DNA of 32,946 nt from a bacterium (GTDB lineage Bacteria > JAMOTN01), in the NCBI GenBank assembly GCA_027062325.1, contig JAMOTN010000046.1:1-32946 (forward strand), given 5' to 3'. Positions 7,441 to 16,361 of the stretch are shown here, piece after piece. The position numbers and the translations under genes were made by a program. Position 1 is the first letter of the stretch, and the number at the start of each line of letters is the position of its first letter. The notes beneath the pieces were generated by a model. That model had not been told where the DNA came from, did no database searches, and saw only the letters and a list, made by a program, of their open reading frames with translations.

Positions 7441-9810
7441 ATGGAGTCTGAGGTGAAAAAAGTTAGTGTAGAATTTGCTGGGAAAGAGTTGGTTATAGAA
7501 ACAGGAAAGGTTGCTAAACAAGCAGCTGGTGCGGTTGTGGTTAGTTGGGGAGATAACAAGATACTTGGAACTTTGGTGCTTGGTGGAGAGAGGGATGTGC
7601 CGTTTCTACCGTTAACTGTTGAATTTATGGAGAGAATGGGAGCAACTGGTAGAATACCTGGTGGATTTTTCAAAAGAGAGAGTAAACCAAGTCCTGAGAC
7701 TATTTTGGCTGCAAGGCTTGTTGATAGACCAATTAGGCCTCTATTTCCGGAGGGTTGGAATAGAGAGTTGCAAGTAATTTTGGATCCGTTATCTGTGAAT
7801 ACGGATGATGCAATAATAGATGTATTAGGGGTAATTGCAGCTTCTGCTGCTATAACGATTTCACCTGTACCTTTTGATGGTCCAGTTGCTGCAGTGCGGG
7901 TTGGTTATGTCAATGATGAGGTAGTGTTCAATCCTACTCAAGAACAGCTTGAAGAGAGTAAGCTCAATTTGGTAGTTGCTGCCAAGGAAGATGGAATAGT
8001 TATGGTTGAAGCTGGAGCTAAGGAGTTGCCAGAGGATATAGTTATCGATGCACTTTTAAAGGCTTTTGAATTTTTGAAGCCGGTTGTTGAAGTACAGAAG
8101 AAACTTGCAGAGGTTGCAGGAAAGGAGAAGATAGAATTTCGACCAGAAGAAGATCCAGATTACATAGTTTCAGTTGTGCAAGAACATGCAGACAGAATGA
8201 GAGAGTTGATACTTGAAGCAAAGGGTAAAAAGGATAGGGAAGAGAAGCTTTCTAATTTGAAAGAATTGGTAAAGGAGAAATTACTGGAAGAGGCAGAGGC
8301 TCGTGAAGAAGAGTTGAGTGAGGCTGCGTTTGAAAAGGTGTGGCATGAAGTTGAGAAAAAAGTTGTGAGAAAAATGATATTGGAGGAAGGCGTAAGACCG
8401 GATGGGAGAAAAATGGATGAGATAAGGCCCATAAGCATAGAAGTTAACCTATTACCACGTAGTCATGGATCGTGTTTGTTTACTAGAGGAGAGACGCAGG
8501 CCTTAGCTTCTGTGACATTGGGAACACTTAAGGATGCTCAGATTGTGGATACTATGTTTGGTGATGTTAAGAAAGAGTATTTCATGGTGCACTACAACTT
8601 CCCACCATTTTCTACTGGTGAGGTTAAGCCAATGAGAGGGCCTTCTCGTCGTGAAATAGGGCATGGAAATTTGGCACGGCGGGCATTGGAGGCAGTTATG
8701 CCCTCTATCGAAAAATTTCCCTATACTGTGAGAGTTGTATCAGACATTCTTGAAAGTAATGGATCATCTTCAATGGCTACTGTTTGTGCTGGATGCCTTG
8801 CACTTATGGATGCAGGAGTGCCAATAAACAAGGTTGTTGCTGGAGTTGCGATGGGACTTGTTACGGATGAAGATAAGTCGAATGTGAGAATTTTGACTGA
8901 TATAATGGGAATGGAAGATCATTGTGGAGATATGGACTTTAAGGTAGCTGGGACTGAAGATGGAATAACGGCTCTTCAGATGGATATAAAAATAAGTGGA
9001 GTAAGTTACGAAATATTGAAGAATGCTCTTCAGCAAGCGAAAGAGGCGAGATTGTATATTATTGGACTTATGAAAAAGGTATTAGAAAAACCACGTAGTA
9101 GTTTGAGTGAGCATGCTCCTAAGATTATCACGTATCAACTTGAGAATACCAAACAAGTTGCTGAGTTGATAGGTCCTGGTGGCAAAGTTATAAAGGAAAT
9201 AATAGAAAAGACAGGAGTTGAGATAGAGATAGATGATCAAACGGGGCTTGTGTTCATAATTTCTCAGGATGAGGAAAAGTTGAAAGAGGCTTTAGAGTGG
9301 GTCAAGGCGGTAACGAGTGAGATTGCTGTTGGAGAAGTGTTGAGGGGAAAAGTTACTAAGGTTGTCAACTTTGGAGTGTTTGTAGAGGTGAGGCCTGGTA
9401 AAGAGGGTTTGGTTCACATTTCGCAACTGGATGACAGGAGAATTGTCAACATTGCTGATTTTGTAAAGCCCGGCGATGAGATAGTCGTTAAGGTTGTTGG
9501 AGTGGATAGTATTGGAAGACTTAATCTTTCTAGAAAAGAGGCAATAGCTGATACGGGGCAGGAGGATGATTTGAGTGGCAGGACTGATGGAGTTGTAGCT
9601 TCTCGATTGAGTCCTGCTGGATCCAATGATCATTTTAGTGATCATAGAGATAGGGCTAAGGAAGATAGGCACGATGAAGGGAGAGATATGCATGCAAAAG
9701 CTCCGAGAAATTCGGGACGCTCAGAGCACAGGGAATATCGAGACCACTCTCATCGTACTTCCCATGGTCCAAGAAGAGGAGATAGGCGTCATAAGGGACC
9801 TAGAAGATAA
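7441..9810 (+). CDS. pnp: polyribonucleotide nucleotidyltransferase (PNPase)
   Basis: IPGGFFKRE, RLVDRPIRPLF, FTRGETQ, RREIGHG, ESNGSSSMATVC, DMDFKVAGT, KH (IGPGGK) and S1 domains. Confidence 0.99.
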   Translation: MESEVKKVSVEFAGKELVIETGKVAKQAAGAVVVSWGDNKILGTLVLGGERDVPFLPLTVEFMERMGATGRIPGGFFKRESKPSPETILAARLVDRPIRPLFPEGWNRELQVILDPLSVNTDDAIIDVLGVIAASAAITISPVPFDGPVAAVRVGYVNDEVVFNPTQEQLEESKLNLVVAAKEDGIVMVEAGAKELPEDIVIDALLKAFEFLKPVVEVQKKLAEVAGKEKIEFRPEEDPDYIVSVVQEHADRMRELILEAKGKKDREEKLSNLKELVKEKLLEEAEAREEELSEAAFEKVWHEVEKKVVRKMILEEGVRPDGRKMDEIRPISIEVNLLPRSHGSCLFTRGETQALASVTLGTLKDAQIVDTMFGDVKKEYFMVHYNFPPFSTGEVKPMRGPSRREIGHGNLARRALEAVMPSIEKFPYTVRVVSDILESNGSSSMATVCAGCLALMDAGVPINKVVAGVAMGLVTDEDKSNVRILTDIMGMEDHCGDMDFKVAGTEDGITALQMDIKISGVSYEILKNALQQAKEARLYIIGLMKKVLEKPRSSLSEHAPKIITYQLENTKQVAELIGPGGKVIKEIIEKTGVEIEIDDQTGLVFIISQDEEKLKEALEWVKAVTSEIAVGEVLRGKVTKVVNFGVFVEVRPGKEGLVHISQLDDRRIVNIADFVKPGDEIVVKVVGVDSIGRLNLSRKEAIADTGQEDDLSGRTDGVVASRLSPAGSNDHFSDHRDRAKEDRHDEGRDMHAKAPRNSGRSEHREYRDHSHRTSHGPRRGDRRHKGPRR

Positions 9811-10510
9811 TTTTAAGATAAAAAGGGTTATTTGCGTTGATTGCGATGAGGAAAAGGTTGGCCCCGCTGATGTGTCGGTTTCCAAAGTTTGGATAGGTGA
9901 TGCTGACACGGTTGGCGGGGCCAGCCGCGTTAAAGGCAATTATGATTTAAAGGTGATTTTTTCTGAGGCAAAAGACAAAAGTGATTTTGAGTTGGCACTT
10001 GAAATTGCGCGAAATTTGAGCTACTTTGATTTTGAATCTTCCGAATGGGTAAATAATTTCTTTGTTTTAGGAGCAGTTGGTGGTAGGTTGGATCACGAAA
10101 TGTTCAATTTAGGTGTTGTGTGGAGGTTGTTCACAGGTGATGTTGTGTTAAGGGATAGAGTGAGTTCTAGTAGATTACCTAGCAGTGTGCAGCATTTGAA
10201 AAACTTGCATTTAAGGGTTTCTTTTTTAGGAATTACTGATCGGGGAAGGTGGTATGCTCTATTGTTTTTTGATCAAAAGATTAGTTTTTACCACCGAGGT
10301 ACATTTTCATTCTTGGCTTTGGAAGAGGTATTTGTAAGGATAGATGGGCGATGCAGATGGAGATATGAAGGATACGCTTCCTTTTTTAACAGTTTAACCC
10401 TCAGCAATGAAGCTAGTGGGAGAGTGTATGTATCGGCTCAAAAAGGAGCTATATATGTTGAATTTGATGATAAAAAAGGTTTACTGGAATTTTTAAGAGA
10501 CATTAAATAA
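9764..10510 (+). CDS. thiN: thiamine pyrophosphokinase-like protein (divergent; start uncertain)
   Basis: WIGDADT, KDKSDFELAL, GAVGGRLDH..N, LTLSNE motifs. The ORF is open from 9626; the last in-frame ATG before the domain is 9764, overlapping the end of pnp. Confidence 0.75.
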   Translation: MVQEEEIGVIRDLEDNFKIKRVICVDCDEEKVGPADVSVSKVWIGDADTVGGASRVKGNYDLKVIFSEAKDKSDFELALEIARNLSYFDFESSEWVNNFFVLGAVGGRLDHEMFNLGVVWRLFTGDVVLRDRVSSSRLPSSVQHLKNLHLRVSFLGITDRGRWYALLFFDQKISFYHRGTFSFLALEEVFVRIDGRCRWRYEGYASFFNSLTLSNEASGRVYVSAQKGAIYVEFDDKKGLLEFLRDIK

Positions 10511-10554
10511 ACTGATTGCGCGGGCAATATAGATGCAAGATGCCCAATTTAGTG

Positions 10555-12849
10555 CTACATAAAGTCTGCTAGTGATAGAGGTAAAATTTTGGCTCCTGTT
10601 GAAAGAGTAACTTGCAAAGCTACCTGTAGAAGCCTTAGTTGTGATACAACTTCTGATAGATCTGCGTCTTCTATGTCAGATATTGTCTTTTCAATGCTAA
10701 CTTTTTCATTTTGTAAAAATTCATCGTTATTTTCTAATCTTTTTTGCCATACTCCGAGTTGAGCTATCTTGTTACGGATTTTAGACATGCCGCTGTCTAA
10801 CTCTTCCAATAAGCTTCTACTTCTGAGTACTGGTTCTGATGATACTGTAGTTAATGTGTTGTTTTCGTCATCTTGTTGGGTGTATGGAGTGTCGATTATT
10901 TTTCCAAGAGAGATGGCCTCTGTATCACCTTTGATTACAGCATCTCGAATTTCTATCATTATCGAGAATAGATTTTTTGTTTTATCTTCTACTACGTCAC
11001 TTTTAACCATTCCATTTTTAGAGATATGACTGATAGGAGATGTTAAACCCAGAGCTTCAGATACAGGGTTATCCTCTACTTCTATTTTTTCGTTTGAAAA
11101 AAGAAGTAATTGTCCATCGTTTGTAACTGTAGCAAAGACTTTCTGTTTTAGTCCTTCTGTGGAATTTATCTTTTCAGCAAGGGATGTGAGGTTATCAGTT
11201 GGATCTACTATGATGTTGTAACCGTTTATATTTATCGATGCAGAAGCGGTGGGGGGAAGTATACCAATGTCGGAAAAAGTTTTACCTTTCCAGAGTTTTG
11301 TAGTGTCAAAATCTAAAGCGAGGGCTGTATTTGCTTCTGGAGCTGCAGGGTCATACTGGTTGAGTTTTCTATTGTAAACTTCGTGAATTTTTAATTTTTG
11401 AGCTATAAATGAGTCTATTTCTGCGAAGTCTTGGAGAGATAAGGAGCCATTTGGATCAGGGCTTCCATCCTTATCGCTATCTTGATAGATGAACAATTGC
11501 CCGTCTTCTAGACGAGCTACTACCGGTGCTGGAGAGGAATTTATTTTATTGATGAATTCGTTTAAGGTTTCATCACCGGTAAGCTGTATGTTAATACCGT
11601 AGAATGATAGAGTTCCACCGTTTACTCCAAGATCTCTTAGCTTTACATCTCGTAAACTAGGACCAAATGAATTGGATTTTAGTACGTTGCTGAAAAATCC
11701 AATTTTATTGAGAAGATCCCCTTCCAGCTGTTTGATAGTGAAACTACCTGTACTTTCTAGAGTTATTCTGTTGTTTTCTAATTTCCAGCTTATACCTTCT
11801 TCACTCAATTTATTTAGTAAATCTTTTAAAGTTGTGTCACGTGTGTATGAGATTATTTTATTGTTAACCATTATTTGTCCATTTTGAATAGTTGTAAATA
11901 CGTATTTTAGTGGAAGCTCTAACTGCCTTTTTGAAAATGTTTGTGAAGATGCAACTTCTGTTTTTAAATTCAAAAGAGATGCGAGATTCGAAGTATAAGT
12001 GCCGTCTATGAGTGAAATTGGTTTGTCAGAGTTTATAACTAAACGGTAGCCATTAGGTTCCACGCTCTCTATGGAAGCACTAACGAGTCTTGTTTGATTT
12101 AGCTTTTCGGCAATTTGAGAAAGAGTAGCATTTTCTGGGATTTCAACTTTTACTTGAGTATCACCCACCTTTAAGAGAATTTCTCCCTCTGTTGTGTTGA
12201 GAGGTGTGTTTTTGCTATCAAAAATTTTTGAGTATAGAGAGTTAATTGTGGAATTTTCGAAGATTTCATCTCCAGTCATTGAGGTTGGTAGCACCACATC
12301 TTGGGTAGCAAAGGCGCTTGCAGTTTTGCTACTTCCTACCCATTCTACTGATGTAATTAAGTTATCTGTTATCCCGTATTGAAGTAAATCTGGATCTTGG
12401 GATTTAACTGCTATGAATGGTTTTGTAATGTTAGAAGTTCCTGCAAAGATGTATTTGCCTTCGGATGTACTGTTGGCTATATTAACAAGTTCTTCAATTA
12501 TCTGCTCCATCTCCATTGCTATTGCTTTCCTATCATCGAGAGATAGTGTGTCATTTGCGCCTTGAATGGTGAGTTCTCTGAATCGTTTTAACAACTCATT
12601 TGCTTTTGAGAGGGAATTTTCGGCTGTAGATAACTTATTTTTAATTTGAGAGACATTTCTTATATATTGGTCGTTTGCAACCTTTTGTGAATGATAGTAT
12701 TTTGACAAGGTGTAAGAGAGGGGATCATCTGAAGGGAGGATAAACTTTTTCCCAGTTGTCATTTGCTTTTGATACATATCTTGTCTGTTTTCGATATTTT
12801 CCAAGTCTGATAGGAAACCTATGATTCTACTCTGATTTGTAAGACGCAT
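10555..12849 (-). CDS. flgL: flagellar hook-associated protein 3 (extended)
   Basis: MRLT..., TTGKKFILPSDDP, QGANDTLS, GKYIFAG, C-terminal SDIEDAD...SLADFM. Follows flgK. Confidence 0.93.
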   Translation of the reverse strand: MRLTNQSRIIGFLSDLENIENRQDMYQKQMTTGKKFILPSDDPLSYTLSKYYHSQKVANDQYIRNVSQIKNKLSTAENSLSKANELLKRFRELTIQGANDTLSLDDRKAIAMEMEQIIEELVNIANSTSEGKYIFAGTSNITKPFIAVKSQDPDLLQYGITDNLITSVEWVGSSKTASAFATQDVVLPTSMTGDEIFENSTINSLYSKIFDSKNTPLNTTEGEILLKVGDTQVKVEIPENATLSQIAEKLNQTRLVSASIESVEPNGYRLVINSDKPISLIDGTYTSNLASLLNLKTEVASSQTFSKRQLELPLKYVFTTIQNGQIMVNNKIISYTRDTTLKDLLNKLSEEGISWKLENNRITLESTGSFTIKQLEGDLLNKIGFFSNVLKSNSFGPSLRDVKLRDLGVNGGTLSFYGINIQLTGDETLNEFINKINSSPAPVVARLEDGQLFIYQDSDKDGSPDPNGSLSLQDFAEIDSFIAQKLKIHEVYNRKLNQYDPAAPEANTALALDFDTTKLWKGKTFSDIGILPPTASASININGYNIIVDPTDNLTSLAEKINSTEGLKQKVFATVTNDGQLLLFSNEKIEVEDNPVSEALGLTSPISHISKNGMVKSDVVEDKTKNLFSIMIEIRDAVIKGDTEAISLGKIIDTPYTQQDDENNTLTTVSSEPVLRSRSLLEELDSGMSKIRNKIAQLGVWQKRLENNDEFLQNEKVSIEKTISDIEDADLSEVVSQLRLLQVALQVTLSTGAKILPLSLADFM

Positions 12850-12868
12850 TTAATCCCCCCCTCTTTTA

Positions 12869-15100
12869 CTAGACAATGGCAAACAGAGCGTCTAACATGC
12901 TTTGAGTAGTGCTGATTACCTTAGTGGCTGCTACGTATGCTTTTTGATATTTGATCATGTTGGAAAGCTCTTCGTCCAAATTGACTCCACTTACAGCCTC
13001 TCGTTGCTTTTTCAAGGAGTCTAATACGTTTTTTTCTGTATCGTAACGATTTTTGTTTGCTTGGTTTTGGATTCCTATTTTTGCTTCAAAATCTCTGAAA
13101 AACTCTTCGGGTGACATGTTATTAAAGAGCTTTTTCTCTTTCAATTTTATGAGTTTTAGAACATTAGAGTTATCTCCACTGCCTTTGCTGACAAGTTTAC
13201 CCGTTTGATCAAATACTTCTTCGTCAAATCCTGCAGCAGCAATTTTGTTGTAGTCGTCGAGAATGTCTTGAGAGATTGAGACACTTTTTACCGGGTCATT
13301 CCAGTCAATTGAAAAAAAGTTTCTGCCGCTTACCCCGTATAGATCAAAACCTTGAGCATGAATTTTGTTGAATTCTTCTACAAATGTTTTCATAAAATTG
13401 TCAAGATCGTTTTTCAAATCTTCCAAAAGGCCATCTCTTACATCAATTAAGGCTTTGATTTTGCCGCTTCCTGAGAATGAGCGCCATGTTATTGTGGTGG
13501 TACCGGTTGATAGAATTTTCAATGTGGTACCATTGTAATCAACTGTATCTCCCCAAAATTCTATCTCTTCTCCATTAATGTTAACCTTACCGGGAATACC
13601 TTCTTCTATTATTGGAGGTTGGGTTTTTACTTCAGTAGCAGGAATGTTTGAAAGACCAAGTTTATAAAGTAGATCCTCACCACTATCGGATGAAACGAGG
13701 CGAATATCTACCATTTTGAGAGGATCTTTAGAAGAGATTGAAAACATGTAACCATCTTCAGTTTTAATTACTTCGGTTTCTACGTCTGGAACGTTTGAGT
13801 TTATCTCTTTCGCAATATCCTCCAACGTATCATTTACTCCAGCAGTTATTCTTATTATTCTATTGTTGATTTGAAGGACAGCGCCTACTCCAAGATGTTC
13901 TGTTGAACTGTTGATGTTAAATTTTACCTCCCCGCTGGCTCTGGAAAGTAAACCGAGTTTTTCCAAAACGTTGCTGCTTCCACCTTTTAGTTCAATACCT
14001 TCTCCTGTTTTATCTATGAGTTGAATTCTTCCCATAGGAGTGTAGACTGCTTCTACTCCTATGTTTGCATTGTTGATCTTTTTAACAAATTCACTGATAG
14101 TTGCTGTTGGTTCCACATTGAAAACCACACCATTTATAAAAAAAGTTCCGGAGGTAACGTTGTATTGAGAAAGTTGTGCAGTTGATGTAGAAAAATGCTG
14201 TAAACTGGTTATGGTCTCTTCTTTTGGAAGGTTTTCAACTTTTATGGCCATTGAAGGATTATTAACTCCTTCAACAACTGCTACTTCGGGGTTTGAGTTC
14301 CAAGAGCTTCCTTCTACTTTCACACCGTATTTACCATTACCAAAGTCGTATAATTGTACAGGTGTAACTGAGTCTTTTGAAACAATGGTATTACCCCCTA
14401 AGCTGACGATTCCATTTTCCAATCCCTCGGTATCGACAAATTTAACTCCTATGAGTTCTGAAAGTTGTTGAAAGAGACGCTCTCTTTCGTCTAGTAGATC
14501 ATTTTGAAAAGCAGTTTTTGAACTGCTTTTTAAAAGCTCTTTGTTTATTGATGCAATTTTTTGCAGTAGTAAGTTTACCTCAGCTGTGTAATCTTGAATG
14601 TGTAAATTGGCTTCATTCTGTATATCTTCGATTCTGGAATATATGTGTTTTACAGTGTTTAAGAATTGTTCTGCTTTTTCTACAACTGCTGCGCGTGTGG
14701 CTGAATCTTGAGGATTAACTGACAAATCCTGCATTGCTTTCCAAAATTCAAGCCATGAGTCCTGCATTGATGCTTGGGGATTTTCAAATATTCTTTCTAC
14801 TTTTTCAACAATATCTTGGGCAGCTTCCCAATATCCGGTATTTGCAAACTGATCTCTAAGTTGTCCGTCTAGATAACGATTGTTAACTCTTTCTATATCA
14901 ACTAAATCAACGCCAAGACCGGGGGGATTTTTAAATCCTTCTGTTGGAGTGGCTGGTCTTGTCAAAGAAAGTGCATTTAAAACTACTCTTTGGCGAGTAT
15001 AGCCTTCGACTCCTACATTGGCAATGTTATGAGATATAACTTCAAGAGCAGCTTTGGCAGCATTTAGTGCTGTTTTAGATATGCCTAGTGATTGTAACAA
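12869..15100 (-). CDS. flgK: flagellar hook-associated protein 1 (extended)
   Basis: SHNIANVGVEGYTRQRV, NDLLDERE, VSGVNLDEELSNMIKYQKAYVA. TTG start with G-rich RBS. Confidence 0.95.
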   Translation of the reverse strand: MLQSLGISKTALNAAKAALEVISHNIANVGVEGYTRQRVVLNALSLTRPATPTEGFKNPPGLGVDLVDIERVNNRYLDGQLRDQFANTGYWEAAQDIVEKVERIFENPQASMQDSWLEFWKAMQDLSVNPQDSATRAAVVEKAEQFLNTVKHIYSRIEDIQNEANLHIQDYTAEVNLLLQKIASINKELLKSSSKTAFQNDLLDERERLFQQLSELIGVKFVDTEGLENGIVSLGGNTIVSKDSVTPVQLYDFGNGKYGVKVEGSSWNSNPEVAVVEGVNNPSMAIKVENLPKEETITSLQHFSTSTAQLSQYNVTSGTFFINGVVFNVEPTATISEFVKKINNANIGVEAVYTPMGRIQLIDKTGEGIELKGGSSNVLEKLGLLSRASGEVKFNINSSTEHLGVGAVLQINNRIIRITAGVNDTLEDIAKEINSNVPDVETEVIKTEDGYMFSISSKDPLKMVDIRLVSSDSGEDLLYKLGLSNIPATEVKTQPPIIEEGIPGKVNINGEEIEFWGDTVDYNGTTLKILSTGTTTITWRSFSGSGKIKALIDVRDGLLEDLKNDLDNFMKTFVEEFNKIHAQGFDLYGVSGRNFFSIDWNDPVKSVSISQDILDDYNKIAAAGFDEEVFDQTGKLVSKGSGDNSNVLKLIKLKEKKLFNNMSPEEFFRDFEAKIGIQNQANKNRYDTEKNVLDSLKKQREAVSGVNLDEELSNMIKYQKAYVAATKVISTTQSMLDALFAIV

Positions 15101-15122
15101 AGTGATTCACCCCCCCTTTAAT

Positions 15123-15149
15123 TTTTCGGTAAAATTAAGGAAAGATGAA
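15123..15149 (-). promoter_or_regulatory. possible sigma-28 (FliA) promoter for flgKL
   Basis: Minus strand TTCA-N15-ACCGAAAA versus consensus TAAA-N15-GCCGATAA. Correct spacing, imperfect boxes. Confidence 0.35.
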
Positions 15150-15191
15150 CTATTAAAATAGATACTAAAAATAGATGTAATATGGAGTAAA

Positions 15192-16361
15192 ATGCGTAAT
15201 ATGAAAAGGATTGTGCTTGAGCTACTTTTCTTACTGTTTTTATTTGCTTATTGTAGGATTACCTATCTAGAGTCGCAAGTTATAAGTTTTGATGATTTAA
15301 TTTTGAGAGAGTACGTTGAATGTTTGTTTCCAAATAAGTGTGATATATCTAGGTATGGAATTGTGAATAGGCAAGTGTTTGAAGTTTTTTTAGATAAGAT
15401 AGAGACTACAGCTAATACAATCTTCTCAAAGATAGAGAAGACAAGGATTTACGAGGAAAATTTTCTTGCTACTGTTGGTTTTATAAAAGACTTGATTAAA
15501 GAATATGATTACGATCCAGTATCTATATGGATTTTGCTCGGACAAGTTAAAAAAGATTTTTTGAAAATTCTTCACTACGTTTCTCAAAAGAGAAGAATAT
15601 TACTGGGGTTTTATGCGTTATTGTCTCTGCCTTTATCTCCTTCTGATTATTCAACTAAAGTTGGTTTTTATCTGAATGTTTCTGGAGATAAGTTTATGCG
15701 ACTTCTGTATCCGTGCCGTGTAAAGTGGGAAGAAAAACTGATAAAAAGTTATTTTAATCCTGATATAGTAATAAAACCTTTATTTTTGGAAGATTTTGAT
15801 CCGAGACGGAGTTATTTTAAAGCGTGGTACTGGTTGAAGCCGTCAGTTTTGTATGAGAGCTATTCATTTAGCGATTGGCAATTTATTAAAACTATGGAAG
15901 AATTTTTAAAAGGTCATGAAGAATTGAGGTTGATTTTAAATCCTTATGAAGTTTATCCTGTTTTTAAAATGAAAATTTTGTCTTTTAAATCTTTTGTAAA
16001 GAAGCTAATAGCTTTATCTAAAAGGAGGTCAAGTTTAATTATTGCTGTTAAGCCGTCTTCTTTTGAAGTGTTTATGAAAGGAGCAAATATAGGATTTGTA
16101 GTGGAAGGAGTTGATGATCTTAATGAATTAAGAAATTTTGTGCTTAAGTACAGTTTAAACAAGTGGGGGTTGGTTTATGTTTGGGACAAGTACGAGTACT
16201 ACCTGGACAATGTGACGATAAGTTTTTTGGAATTGGCGTGGAAGTTTGCAAATATATATGGGGCTAGTTATTTTTGTATAGGAAGGAGTAGTTTCATGTT
16301 TTTTAATAAAAAGCCAACTTACATAGCTAAGAAAGTGAAAGAGGTGATATTCTCTAAATAA
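15192..16361 (+). CDS. hypothetical protein with N-terminal hydrophobic anchor
   Basis: 389-aa ORF with GGAG RBS and a K/R-rich then hydrophobic N-terminus. TAATG coupling to the next gene. Confidence 0.7.
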   Translation: MRNMKRIVLELLFLLFLFAYCRITYLESQVISFDDLILREYVECLFPNKCDISRYGIVNRQVFEVFLDKIETTANTIFSKIEKTRIYEENFLATVGFIKDLIKEYDYDPVSIWILLGQVKKDFLKILHYVSQKRRILLGFYALLSLPLSPSDYSTKVGFYLNVSGDKFMRLLYPCRVKWEEKLIKSYFNPDIVIKPLFLEDFDPRRSYFKAWYWLKPSVLYESYSFSDWQFIKTMEEFLKGHEELRLILNPYEVYPVFKMKILSFKSFVKKLIALSKRRSSLIIAVKPSSFEVFMKGANIGFVVEGVDDLNELRNFVLKYSLNKWGLVYVWDKYEYYLDNVTISFLELAWKFANIYGASYFCIGRSSFMFFNKKPTYIAKKVKEVIFSK

